Assembly: GCA_041192345.1 (NCBI GenBank)
Contig: JBEEND010000003.1
Coordinates: forward strand, 1,054 to 65,053
Reading direction: 5' to 3'
Source of the DNA: Actinomycetota bacterium
GTDB lineage: Bacteria > Actinomycetota > Actinomycetes > S36-B12 > UBA5976
DNA length: 64,000 bases
Shown here: positions 18,388 to 27,309 of the stretch, piece by piece
Position numbering within the stretch: position 1 is the first letter of the stretch
Layout of the letters: each line of letters starts with the position of its first letter
Program-made: the position numbers and the translations under genes
The notes under the pieces: generated by a model
What the model saw: only the letters and a program-made list of their open reading frames with translations
What the model was told of the DNA's origin: nothing
Databases searched by the model: none

Positions 18388-18843
18388 TTAATTAACTTCG
18401 TAATGCAAAGTAAGAGATTGCGGCGCAAGCGGCGAAACAACGCAATCCACAGCGTCATAAACTTGCAGCAACTGTGGCATAACCGAACTTGGGCAAATCG
18501 GAACCATTAGCGTGGCCACAGCTGCACCTTCAGTTTTCAACATTGCCCCAATTGCCATTGCAGTAGTCCCAGTTTCCACACCATCATCAATAACCGTGAC
18601 GCGAAGATCCAAGACCGCAGTAATACGAGGTATGACAACCCCGGCTGCGGTGCGGGAAATTACTAAATCACGCATCGGGATTGTCGTTTCGGAAGCAAAC
18701 TCAAAGGCAATCTCGCTAGCTGCCGGCTGCACTACAACTATGAGGTCACTGCCTAAAATCTTGTGGCCGAACTTTTCGAACATCTGGCGGCCAGCATCGG
18801 CGCGATCTAGGAAATCATATTTAGTCATCCACACTCGATTCAA
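18388..18843 (-). CDS. Short phosphoribosyltransferase-like protein (COG1926-like, apparently degenerate)
   Basis: 151 aa. N-terminal F.DRADAGRQ and the PRPP-loop-like VTVIDDGVETGTTAMA are present. The usual LPRGG motif reads VQPAA and the protein is shorter than typical family members. The start may be the ATG at 18828. Confidence 0.6.
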   Translation of the reverse strand: MNRVWMTKYDFLDRADAGRQMFEKFGHKILGSDLIVVVQPAASEIAFEFASETTIPMRDLVISRTAAGVVIPRITAVLDLRVTVIDDGVETGTTAMAIGAMLKTEGAAVATLMVPICPSSVMPQLLQVYDAVDCVVSPLAPQSLTLHYEVN

Positions 18844-19153
18844 ATTCCAGTGTGGAATCGGCAGTCATGCTAAATAACTTTTCAAATGCGGTTATTTCAT
18901 CTTTCATGTCAGCTAAGAATGGCCAAACTCCTAGCTTGGAATCCATAGATCCCATAGCGCGTCGATAGGACCCAACATCTTTCCAATCCGATTGAACTAA
19001 GTACCGTTGTGGCTCATCAGCGCTGTGGAAAATATTCGCTGAAATAAAACCAGTCTGTCGTTGCAGGATGCTAAGCGCCGCACGCGCATTTTCGTTCCAT
19101 TTTGAATCGTCATCAACTTCAAAAGTCCAAAGTGAGTGGAAGGTGCCTAGCAT
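18821..19153 (-). CDS. Antibiotic-biosynthesis-monooxygenase (ABM)-like small protein
   Basis: 110 aa. The pattern F..........A...L..Q.GF.S...F.S.DEP.RYLVQSDW.D...Y..A fits a ferredoxin-like ABM fold. Confidence 0.55.
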   Translation of the reverse strand: MLGTFHSLWTFEVDDDSKWNENARAALSILQRQTGFISANIFHSADEPQRYLVQSDWKDVGSYRRAMGSMDSKLGVWPFLADMKDEITAFEKLFSMTADSTLEFESSVDD

Positions 19154-19156
19154 TAG

Positions 19157-19492
19157 TTACGAAATGTAATTTACAAAAGTAGCTGCGACCAGAATCAAGA
19201 AAACTGTAAAGCGAATAAATTTCGAGCGGGGATCAAGTAGCGGCCAGGACAGATACATAAGCCAAGCAACAAAAGTGGTCACAACGCTCAGTGCTAATCC
19301 AGAAAACGGTGGCTGCAAGAACAGCCCAAGCACCATGAATACCGCCATCAAGGCTGGAACAATGAATCTTGGTAAGGCGTGAATTCGAAGAAGAACTGGC
19401 GCGCTAGCGTTCGTTATCTTTTTACGCAAAAGTGAATGCGTTACAACGGGGACCGTTGGAGTCGGCTTTTTGGGGTTATTGTTCTTACTCAT
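19157..19492 (-). CDS. Small membrane protein (two to three TM segments), family not recognised
   Basis: 111 aa with a basic N-terminus followed by hydrophobic segments. Lies 3 nt upstream of the ABM-like gene on the same strand. Confidence 0.5.
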   Translation of the reverse strand: MSKNNNPKKPTPTVPVVTHSLLRKKITNASAPVLLRIHALPRFIVPALMAVFMVLGLFLQPPFSGLALSVVTTFVAWLMYLSWPLLDPRSKFIRFTVFLILVAATFVNYIS

Positions 19493-19565
19493 CGTCTAAT
19501 TCAAGCATGAATTCTTGCCTGTTTAGGCTGATTGCGCGAGAGTGACACCGGAGAAAAACTTAAAT

Positions 19566-20345
19566 TTAGTCAGCTGGAAGTGGATTTGGCGCAGCGCCAC
19601 CATAACGACGATCGCGCGAGGCATAGATTTCGCAGGCATGCCACAAGTGACGGCGATCAAAATCAGGCCAAAGAGTTGGGAGAAATACAAATTCTGCATA
19701 AGCACTTTGCCAAAGCAAAAAATTGCTTAAGCGTTGTTCGCCACTTGATCTAACGAAAAGATCTACATCTGGCATGTCTGGTTCATCTAAAAATTTCTTT
19801 AATGTTTTCTCAGTAACTTTGCTTGGATCAATTTTTCCGGCAGCAACCTCGTGAGCAATTAAAGATACTGCATCTACGATTTCGGCCCTTCCACCATAAT
19901 TAACACACATTGTCACGGTTAGTTTTGAATTTTTAGCAGTTAGTCGTTCGCAAGCTTCAAGTTCTTCAATTACCGAACGCCAGAGTTTTGGCCTTCTACC
20001 CGCCCAGCGAATTCGCACACCCATGTCATTCATTTCATCTCGGCGACGACGAATCACATCTCGATTAAAGTTCATCAGAAAACGAACTTCTTCTGGGGAA
20101 CGCCGCCAGTTTTCGGTTGAAAATGCATAAGCCGATAGCCAAGAGACCCCAAGTTCAAGTGAGCCATAAATGCAATCCATCAAACTGGCCTCGCCAGCTT
20201 CGTGACCAGAATTTCGAGGTAAGCCGCGCTCTTTAGCCCACCTGCCATTGCCATCCATTACAACTGCAATGTGATTTGGGATTAGCTCCGTTGCAATCTG
20301 GGGTGGCTTTAACCCAGTTGCATGTGGTGGTGGTTCAATTGGCAC
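19566..20345 (-). CDS. uppS: Isoprenyl transferase (cis-prenyltransferase; undecaprenyl or decaprenyl diphosphate synthase)
   Basis: 259 aa. [24 protein letters not shown] and [17 protein letters not shown] motifs. Confidence 0.95.
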   Translation of the reverse strand: MPIEPPPHATGLKPPQIATELIPNHIAVVMDGNGRWAKERGLPRNSGHEAGEASLMDCIYGSLELGVSWLSAYAFSTENWRRSPEEVRFLMNFNRDVIRRRRDEMNDMGVRIRWAGRRPKLWRSVIEELEACERLTAKNSKLTVTMCVNYGGRAEIVDAVSLIAHEVAAGKIDPSKVTEKTLKKFLDEPDMPDVDLFVRSSGEQRLSNFLLWQSAYAEFVFLPTLWPDFDRRHLWHACEIYASRDRRYGGAAPNPLPAD

Positions 20346-20363
20346 GTTATAAGTCTGCCATGC

Positions 20364-21131
20364 TCAGGTTGCTTGCCGGTCAACAGTTTGCCGGTCAACA
20401 GTTTGCCGGTCAACAAGGGATAACGAGCGAAGCCCGCGCTCAAGGTGCCACTGCACATAAGCCGCAACAATTCCCGAGACTTCATTACGATCTCGGGGCA
20501 GCGAATTATCTGCCTGCTCCCAATTACCCGACAATAACGCCTGCATGAGTAAAACGGATTCGGTTCGTGGGGCTACGCTGCCTGGAACTCGATGTGCAAC
20601 ACAGAGTGCGCCTCCTGTTGCCACATGAAAGAAAGGTTGAACCCCAGCTGTGCCACACGTGATACATGCCTCAAGAGATGGCGAGTATCCAGCCATTGAG
20701 AGCGATCTCAATAGGTATGCATCAAGTACTAATGAAGAAGCGTGCTCGCCACTTACTAGGGTTCGTAATGCGCCAACAAGTAATAAATATTGCGACTCTA
20801 CGGAAATTGATTCCTCGGGAGACAAGCGATCAGCAGTCTCTAGCATGGTTTGGCCAGCTGTCCACAACGAATAATCCAATGCAAGATCTTGACCATATGC
20901 ATTCAAGGATTCAGCTTGCGTAATTATGTCGAGATTCTTTCCTGCGAATACCAAAAGGTCGACTCTGCTGAAAGGTTCCAGGCGGGCACCAAATTTACTT
21001 TTAGTTCTGCGGACCCCTTTTGCTACGGCGCGAACTTTTCCTCGTTCTCGGGTCAGCAATGTGATTATTCGATCTGCCTCCCCCAACTTCTGCGTGCGCA
21101 AAACGATGGCTTCTGCGCGATAGCTGGGCAT
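20364..21131 (-). CDS. recO: DNA repair protein RecO
   Basis: 255 aa. N-terminal OB fold (YRAEAIVLRTQKLGEADRIITLLTRE.GKVRAVAKGVRR), zinc-finger-like C.TCG....C. Conserved uppS-recO pairing. Confidence 0.9.
   Translation of the reverse strand: MPSYRAEAIVLRTQKLGEADRIITLLTRERGKVRAVAKGVRRTKSKFGARLEPFSRVDLLVFAGKNLDIITQAESLNAYGQDLALDYSLWTAGQTMLETADRLSPEESISVESQYLLLVGALRTLVSGEHASSLVLDAYLLRSLSMAGYSPSLEACITCGTAGVQPFFHVATGGALCVAHRVPGSVAPRTESVLLMQALLSGNWEQADNSLPRDRNEVSGIVAAYVQWHLERGLRSLSLVDRQTVDRQTVDRQAT
20371..20415 (-). repeat. Three tandem 15-bp units (GYTTGCCGGTCAACA on the plus strand) inside the last codons of recO
   Basis: Read directly: units at 20371-20385, 20386-20400 and 20401-20415, with units 2 and 3 identical. 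They encode VDRQT-VDRQT-VDRQ(A) at the RecO C-terminus. Confidence 0.9.
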
Positions 21132-21184
21132 ACCCCTATGGTGTCACGCCAGTTCTAAAATAATTGATCGGGTAACGTTGTTAT

Positions 21185-22303
21185 ATGAGTAATTTGCCTG
21201 ATAGACCAGTTAATGCAAGCGGCTTCGATAAAGCAGGAATTAAGTGGGTATTGCGCACGTTAATCATTTTTGGTGCCATGGCCACGATTGGATTTTGGAT
21301 ATTTAGCCAAAATCTGAGTTTCATTTTGTTGCTTGCCGTTTCATTGTTAATTGCAATTGCCATGGAGCCACCTGTCTCCGCTCTAGCTAATCGAGGCTGG
21401 CGCCGAGGAGCGGCCACTGGTCTGGTCATGTTTGGTATTTTCCTAACATTAATTTGCTTCTTAGCACTTTTTGGCGGAATCCTATTTTCGCAAGCCACTT
21501 TATTGATCACGAATTTACCGGAAACTGTGGCAAACCTGACTGATTGGGTTAACCAAACCTTCAATCAACAACTCGATCCAAATACCATCATCAACGAGCT
21601 GAACATCCAACCTGATCAGCTCGCTGGCGCCGCTGGAGATTTTGCCGGCGGCGTTGTTGGTGTGATTTCGGGAATTGTTGGAGCTCTCTTTCAGACTCTC
21701 ACCCTAACTTTGTTTGTTTTCTATTTTTCAGCAGATGCCCCGCGTCTTCGTCGCCAGATTGGCAGCATGATGAACTCAAGTGCCCAGCAAGTACTCGATA
21801 CGACTTGGGACATTACCGTTAAAAAAACCGGTGGTTACGTGATCTCAAAATTGATTATGGCTGCAGCTGCTGGAACTGCGCATGCAATCTTCTTTTCCAT
21901 AATTGGGGTGCCATATTGGCTACCACTGGCAATTATCACCGGAGTCACCAGCCAATTTATTCCGACAATCGGAACTTACTTAGGAATTTTAATTCCAGTT
22001 CTGTTTGTCGTTTTCACTGATCCAAAAATGGCACTATACATAATTATTTTTGCTGCGCTATATCAGCAACTGGAAAATTATTTAATTTCCCCTCGGCTCA
22101 GCAAAATTACTATGGATATTCATCCCGCAATCGCGTTTGGCTCAGTTATAGTTTTTGCAAATTTATTTGGTGTGGTCGGCGCATTTGTTTCGGTTCCAAT
22201 AGCGGCTGCCATGGTTGCGTTGTTTGATACTTACGGAAAACGCTACGAGTTGATTTCAGAGTTGAACGACGATGATCTGCTAGCTAACAATCAGCCCGAT
22301 TAA
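21185..22303 (+). CDS. AI-2E family transporter (PerM/UPF0118 permease)
   Basis: 372 aa multi-TM protein. The conserved C-terminal region ...PRL....M.IHP......V.....L.G..GA....P.AA is typical of UPF0118. Confidence 0.85.
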   Translation: MSNLPDRPVNASGFDKAGIKWVLRTLIIFGAMATIGFWIFSQNLSFILLLAVSLLIAIAMEPPVSALANRGWRRGAATGLVMFGIFLTLICFLALFGGILFSQATLLITNLPETVANLTDWVNQTFNQQLDPNTIINELNIQPDQLAGAAGDFAGGVVGVISGIVGALFQTLTLTLFVFYFSADAPRLRRQIGSMMNSSAQQVLDTTWDITVKKTGGYVISKLIMAAAAGTAHAIFFSIIGVPYWLPLAIITGVTSQFIPTIGTYLGILIPVLFVVFTDPKMALYIIIFAALYQQLENYLISPRLSKITMDIHPAIAFGSVIVFANLFGVVGAFVSVPIAAAMVALFDTYGKRYELISELNDDDLLANNQPD

Positions 22304-22316
22304 AACTTGAAATAAA

Positions 22317-23225
22317 TTAAAACCCAAGTTTTGATAATTGCTTTGGGTCTCGTTGCCAATCCTTGGCGATTTTTACGCGAATATCCAAAAACACTGGAAC
22401 TCCCAGCATCTTACTAATTGCAATTCGAGATTGCGTTCCCACCTCTTTCAGGCGTTCGCCACCCTTGCCAATGACTATGTGCTTTTGACTATCCCGTTCG
22501 ACATAAATCAAAGCATAGATGTCCATTAGCGGCTTATCGGGCGAACGATCTGCGCGCATGGCCATTTCGTCAATAACAACGGCAATTGAGTGTGGGAGTT
22601 CATCATGTACACCTTCGAGCGCAGCTTCGCGAATCAACTCGGCAATCATTACTAACTCTGGTTCATCAGTTAACTCGCCATCAGGATAAAGAATTTGACC
22701 CTCTGGCAGCATGCCCAACAATAAGTCACTTAAAAGATCTACTTGCTCATGAGCAACAGCTGAGACTGGAACAATTTCTGCCCAATCAATTGCGAGTTCT
22801 TGCCCTAGGGCTTGAACGGCTAGCAACTGTTCGCCAATCTTTTGTTTGTCTGTGGTGTCAGTCTTAGTTACGACAGCAACTTTGCGCACTCGCGGTATTG
22901 CAGCGATTTGCTGGGCGATAAAGCGATCACCAGGTCCGATTGCTTCGTTTGCTGGGAAACACATGACCACAACATCTACTTCCGACCAAGTATCTGCAAC
23001 AAGTGCGTTTAATCGTTCGCCGAGTAAAGTCTTTGGCTTATGAACTCCTGGAGTATCAATCAAAATGAGTTGGCCCTGCGCGCGGGTAACTATTCCTCGA
23101 ATGGTGTGCCGAGTAGTTTGTGGTCGATCCGAGGTAATTGCAACCTTTTGCCCAACTAAAGCATTGGTCAGCGTGGACTTACCAACATTAGGTCTACCGA
23201 CAATGCAGGCAAAACCGCTACGCAT
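22317..23225 (-). CDS. era: GTPase Era
   Basis: ORF 22317-23312 trimmed to the ATG at 23225 (MRSGFACIVGRPNVGKSTL, G1 motif). DTPG and TKTD motifs and a C-terminal KH domain are present. The trimmed start overlaps the upstream EamA stop by 8 nt. Confidence 0.93.
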   Translation of the reverse strand: MRSGFACIVGRPNVGKSTLTNALVGQKVAITSDRPQTTRHTIRGIVTRAQGQLILIDTPGVHKPKTLLGERLNALVADTWSEVDVVVMCFPANEAIGPGDRFIAQQIAAIPRVRKVAVVTKTDTTDKQKIGEQLLAVQALGQELAIDWAEIVPVSAVAHEQVDLLSDLLLGMLPEGQILYPDGELTDEPELVMIAELIREAALEGVHDELPHSIAVVIDEMAMRADRSPDKPLMDIYALIYVERDSQKHIVIGKGGERLKEVGTQSRIAISKMLGVPVFLDIRVKIAKDWQRDPKQLSKLGF

Positions 23226-24135
23226 GTGCTCGCTCCTGTAGGTCTTGTGATTTGCTTCCTGACTCAACGATACCCAGGAGTGCAAGTGCCGTAATAATAG
23301 TTGCGCAACCAATCCAACCCATTAAATTCATTGACTCACTCAAGATAAAGACTCCAAGAAAAGTAGCAAGAACTGGCTCAGCAAGTGTGAGAGTCGATAC
23401 CGTGCCTGGGCTTAGATGCGTTATGCCATTACCAAACAAAATGTAACCTAATGCTGTTGCTCCTAGGCCGATGTATAAAACAAAGCCGACATAGAGTCCG
23501 CTGTTTATCCAGGAACTTGTAAAGAGAACAATTGGAAACGAAAGCACCGCTCCAATACCAAACACGGCTCCCAAAACTTGTGCCCCAGGAATGTTATGTG
23601 CCCGCGCTAAGCGCACACCAAAAACCGTAAAAATTGCGTACATGACGCCACATATAAAAACTGCCAAAAATCCGAGATTATCGCGTACTTCAGTAACCCC
23701 AGTAATTAGTGCTAGCCCAACGACTCCAAGCAACGTTGAAACTACCCATACCTTAGTTGGTTTTCCTGTTCCAACAATCCAACCAAGTAGTCCGGCAAAA
23801 AATGGTGCCGTAGCTAAGGCTCCTAATGTTCCCATTGCCACGCCAATTCGAGCGGCACCAAAAAAGAATGAGACCTGGAAAGCTAAGACAGCAACTGCCA
23901 TAACCCACACAGTAGGTTCTTTAACTAATCTAAAAATGCCTGCAAAGCCATACTTAATGCCAGCAAAAGTAGCTAAGCCAATACCACCAAGAAAGACACG
24001 CCAAGCTCCGACCGAAATACTGGATCCAGGGAAATCTAAATACGCTCGGCTAGTGCCGCTTGTACTAAACAAAACGCACGCTAATAAAACTGAGATGACC
24101 GCAAGACGTTTAGTTCTGCTGGCAGTTGATGTCAC
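23218..24135 (-). CDS. EamA/DMT-family transporter
   Basis: 305 aa with about 10 TM segments arranged as two EamA-like halves. Confidence 0.8.
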   Translation of the reverse strand: MTSTASRTKRLAVISVLLACVLFSTSGTSRAYLDFPGSSISVGAWRVFLGGIGLATFAGIKYGFAGIFRLVKEPTVWVMAVAVLAFQVSFFFGAARIGVAMGTLGALATAPFFAGLLGWIVGTGKPTKVWVVSTLLGVVGLALITGVTEVRDNLGFLAVFICGVMYAIFTVFGVRLARAHNIPGAQVLGAVFGIGAVLSFPIVLFTSSWINSGLYVGFVLYIGLGATALGYILFGNGITHLSPGTVSTLTLAEPVLATFLGVFILSESMNLMGWIGCATIITALALLGIVESGSKSQDLQERAHA

Positions 24136-24500
24136 GTTAATTGCGAACTAACAAGCTCGCCTGTGGTGCCCAAGTGATGCACTGGGACGCCAATGCCACC
24201 AATTGAGCGCACTATTTCAATATCTTGCAAATCGATTTGAGCAAAATCACCAAAGATCACAACTGCTTCGATACCTACTGCGCCAGCAGCAACTGCCTGG
24301 CCAACAGCTAATTGAACGGCGGAAAGAGTGAGATTTTCTCGAGCCACGTTTGCGCTGGCATATGTGCGACCAGTGGTGTCACGAACGGCTGCACCCGAAT
24401 TAGCTTGAATTCGACTGCGCGCACCCCTTGCCAAAGTAGCGAGCTTGTCGTCTTCGGCGCTCCAACTAATATCAGTCATCAACGCTTGCCGGTATTTCAT
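24132..24500 (-). CDS. Conserved hypothetical protein at the cytidine-deaminase-like position of the ybeY-era operon. No catalytic Zn motif is visible.
   Basis: 122 aa (or 115 aa from the ATG at 24479). Occupies the slot held by Rv2365c-type proteins in other Actinobacteria. I saw neither a (H/C)AE nor a PCxxC motif. Confidence 0.5.
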   Translation of the reverse strand: MKYRQALMTDISWSAEDDKLATLARGARSRIQANSGAAVRDTTGRTYASANVARENLTLSAVQLAVGQAVAAGAVGIEAVVIFGDFAQIDLQDIEIVRSIGGIGVPVHHLGTTGELVSSQLT

Positions 24501-25800
24501 CTGAGAAACTATCTCGTGAAATTAGCACAGTATCAATGCGATGCCTTCGGCCCGCTGTTGATTCAGCAGTTAAAGTCCAATTTGAAATTTCTACAGTCGC
24601 ACCTGGAATAGGAACAATACCTAACTGCTTAGCCATCAGTCCACCAACGGTATCAACACCTTCATCGTCAATTTCAATTTCCAGGAGCTCTGCTAAGTCA
24701 GAAACAGAAAGGCGTGAACTAATTCGATATTCACCGTTTGCTAGTTCCTCAATTTCAGAACCTAATGCATCATGTTCATCGGCAATCTCACCAACAATCT
24801 CTTCAAGCACATCTTCAATTGTGATCAATCCGGCGGTACCGCCATACTCATCGACTAAGACCGCCAAGTGGGTGCGGGCGTTTTGCATATCTCGCAATAA
24901 CTCATCAACATTTCGGCTATCGGGCACCATAAATGCTGGACGCATTAAATCTGAAACTCGCTCAGTATTTTGCGATTCTTGATGTTCAAACACTCGACGA
25001 GCTATGTCTTTTACAAAAATAACGCCAACTATGTCATCTATTCCCTCGCCCACAACTGGAATGCGCGAGAAACCCGAACGCAGCCCAAGTGAGAGAGCCT
25101 GTCGCAATGTCTTATGTGTTTCGACCCAAACCATTTCTGTTCTGGGAACCATAAGTTCGCGGGCTACCGTGTCGCCCAATTCGAAAACTGAATGAATCAT
25201 TTGGCGTTCATCATCTTCAATGACTGAGTCGGCTCCAGCCATGTCAACTAGCTCACGCAATTCCGCCTGGGTGGAAAATGGACCTTCCCGAAAACCCTTA
25301 CCTGGCGTTATAGCATTTCCGACCATAATAAAAAGTTTTGAAAGTGGACCAAATACAACGGTTATAAGTTGCGTTATCCGAACAGTGGCCAGTGCAATGG
25401 CGTCTGCTTTTTGTCGACCAATTGTTTGTGGGGCGACGCCCAGCAAAATGTAACCAACTAAGACCATAACAATCGATGTCGCTATTAAGGAAGTGGTGTC
25501 ATCTGCAAAAATTTGTAAAAACGCCGTGGTTACTAAAACGATTGCAATCGTAGAAAGGGTTAAATTTGCGAACAGCAGCGAATTTACATACTTAGCACGA
25601 TCATCAAGCAACTTAACGAGGCGTCCAGCTTTGCGATTACCATCTTTACGAAGCTGCTCTACCGTTGCTTTACTTACTCGCGCTAATGCTGTTTCAGCAG
25701 CAACTAAACCAGCGGCTGCAAGCACCATTATTGTCGCAATTACTAAATACAAAGTATTTGAATCCACTACAACCCACGAGCATTTCGCTCGCCTTCCCAT
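24472..25800 (-). CDS. CNNM/DUF21-CBS-CorC_HlyC hemolysin-family protein
   Basis: 442 aa. N-terminal DUF21 TM region, CBS pair (MVPRTEMVWV ... IPVVGEGIDDIVGVIFVKD) and C-terminal CorC_HlyC domain. The true start may be the GTG at 25767, which overlaps the ybeY stop (TAGTG). Confidence 0.9.
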   Translation of the reverse strand: MGRRAKCSWVVVDSNTLYLVIATIMVLAAAGLVAAETALARVSKATVEQLRKDGNRKAGRLVKLLDDRAKYVNSLLFANLTLSTIAIVLVTTAFLQIFADDTTSLIATSIVMVLVGYILLGVAPQTIGRQKADAIALATVRITQLITVVFGPLSKLFIMVGNAITPGKGFREGPFSTQAELRELVDMAGADSVIEDDERQMIHSVFELGDTVARELMVPRTEMVWVETHKTLRQALSLGLRSGFSRIPVVGEGIDDIVGVIFVKDIARRVFEHQESQNTERVSDLMRPAFMVPDSRNVDELLRDMQNARTHLAVLVDEYGGTAGLITIEDVLEEIVGEIADEHDALGSEIEELANGEYRISSRLSVSDLAELLEIEIDDEGVDTVGGLMAKQLGIVPIPGATVEISNWTLTAESTAGRRHRIDTVLISRDSFSDEIPASVDD

Positions 25801-26234
25801 TGTGCGAGCAACTCGGCTTGAAGGCCAAACATTACTTTATGTTCATCTGGTTCTTCGTGATCATGTCCGAGCAAGTGCAAAACTCCATGGGTGAGAAGTA
25901 AGCGAAGTTCTACTTCCATGGAATGTCCCGCTTGTTCACCCTGTCTGGCAGCAACTGCGGGGCAAAGTACGACATCACCAAGAATTCCTTCTGCACTTGG
26001 TTTATCAGAGGTGCCAGCGCGAAGTTCATCCATTGGAAAACTTAAAACGTCAGTTGAACCTGGCTCATCCATAAATTTTTCATGTAAAGCTGCCATGGAA
26101 ACTTCATCAACTAGCATCACCGAAAGCTCGGAAGCTGGATTAATATGCAAACTTTGAAGTAAAAAAGTTGCGTGGGATGAGATTTCTAATTCATTAACCT
26201 CATAATCGGATTCATTATTTACATCTACGGACAC
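25767..26234 (-). CDS. ybeY: rRNA maturation endoribonuclease YbeY
   Basis: 155 aa with the zinc motif HGVLHLLGHDH. Confidence 0.93.
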   Translation of the reverse strand: MSVDVNNESDYEVNELEISSHATFLLQSLHINPASELSVMLVDEVSMAALHEKFMDEPGSTDVLSFPMDELRAGTSDKPSAEGILGDVVLCPAVAARQGEQAGHSMEVELRLLLTHGVLHLLGHDHEEPDEHKVMFGLQAELLAQWEGERNARGL

Positions 26235-26236
26235 GG

Positions 26237-27241
26237 TTATGAATTCCTGCGTTCAAACTTCGGATCCTGCGCGGCACGTTTTTCCTCATAGCGACCATAG
26301 GCGTCTACTATCTGGCCTACTAATTTATGCCTGACAACATCTGTTGAGGTCAATTCGCAAAATGCCACATCATTAATGTCATTCAAAATGTCGCGCACAA
26401 CCCGCAGGCCACTTGCTGTTCCACTTGGCAGGTCTATTTGGGTTACGTCTCCAGTAATTACCATGGTTGATCCGAATCCAAGTCGAGTCAAAAACATTTT
26501 CATTTGTTCAGCTGAGGTGTTTTGAGCTTCATCCAAAATAATAAACGCATCGTTTAAAGTTCGGCCGCGCATGTAAGCAAGTGGCGCAACTTCAATGACT
26601 CCACTAGTCATCAGCCGCGGAATTGAGTCTGGGTCAATCATGTCGTGCAAGGCGTCATACAACGGGCGAAGGTATGGATCAATTTTTTCGCTCAAAGTAC
26701 CAGGTAAGAACCCAAGTCGTTCGCCTGCTTCTACGGCAGGGCGCGTGAGAATTATTCGAGAAACTTGTTTACTCTGCAGTGCTTGAACTGCTTTCGCAAC
26801 TGCCAAATAAGTTTTGCCAGTACCTGCTGGCCCGATACCAAACACCACAGTATTTTCATCTATCGCATCTACATACCGCTTTTGGTTAAGCGTTTTAGCT
26901 CGTATGGTTTTACCACGATTGGACAAAATACTTGAAGTCAAAACATCCGCTGGACGAACGTCTGAACGCAACATTGAAATGGAACGCTCTACAGATTCAG
27001 GAGTTAAGCTCGCCCCAGTTCGCAGCATTACTAACATTTCAGATATCAAAGTTTCGATTAAATTCACACTTGGCTTTGGGCCATCAATTGTAATTTCGTT
27101 TCCCCGGACCAAAATTACGCAATCCGTGAAAGATTTTTCAATGACCCGAATTAGCTCATCGCGAGTACCTATTACGGAAACCATTGGAGTGGCAGTTGGA
27201 ACTACTACAACTGAGTGAGAGGTCGAAGGTGAGGCGGTCAT
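26237..27241 (-). CDS. phoH: PhoH-family ATPase
   Basis: 334 aa. Walker A GPAGTGKTYLA, Walker B FIILDEAQN, GD.TQIDLP. Confidence 0.93.
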   Translation of the reverse strand: MTASPSTSHSVVVVPTATPMVSVIGTRDELIRVIEKSFTDCVILVRGNEITIDGPKPSVNLIETLISEMLVMLRTGASLTPESVERSISMLRSDVRPADVLTSSILSNRGKTIRAKTLNQKRYVDAIDENTVVFGIGPAGTGKTYLAVAKAVQALQSKQVSRIILTRPAVEAGERLGFLPGTLSEKIDPYLRPLYDALHDMIDPDSIPRLMTSGVIEVAPLAYMRGRTLNDAFIILDEAQNTSAEQMKMFLTRLGFGSTMVITGDVTQIDLPSGTASGLRVVRDILNDINDVAFCELTSTDVVRHKLVGQIVDAYGRYEEKRAAQDPKFERRNS

Positions 27242-27309
27242 TTGCCCTAATTCTATGGCACTGGGCAGATTGCGCTAATTTTTGGCCAAGTTCATAAGTA
27301 GTTCGCCAA

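Noticed and set aside
18388-18843. PRTase-like protein as an effector of a retron-type or other defence system
   Set aside because: There is no reverse transcriptase, ncRNA-like structure, nuclease or other defence partner nearby. The neighbours are housekeeping genes (glyS, uppS).
21181-21564. 127-aa minus-strand ORF overlapping the 5' part of the AI-2E transporter gene
   Set aside because: It is antisense to a well-supported multi-TM permease frame, and its sequence is basic and low-complexity, so it is a shadow ORF.
22317-23312. N-terminally extended ORF-track models for era, hrcA (to 30597), leuS (to 42269), hutH (from 50566), deoD (from 10361), lepA (to 34249), obgE (to 61970) and the EamA gene (from 42094)
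   Set aside because: The extensions are non-conserved-looking. They overlap upstream genes or regulatory sites (CIRCE). Internal starts give canonical N-termini (for example the Era G1 motif and the DeoD MTVHIGA start), often with an RBS or a stop-start overlap.
23591-24151. Long antisense ORFs rich in Ser/Thr/Ala/Pro/Arg. Examples: 23591-24151, 24536-24982, 25493-25894, 26814-27218, 35092-35625, 36297-36884, 29963-30373 and 62292-62678.
   Set aside because: Each lies opposite a confidently identified gene (EamA, CBS protein, PhoH, HolA, ComEC, HrcA, L21). Their composition is what codon bias produces on the complementary strand, and none has a motif or an RBS.
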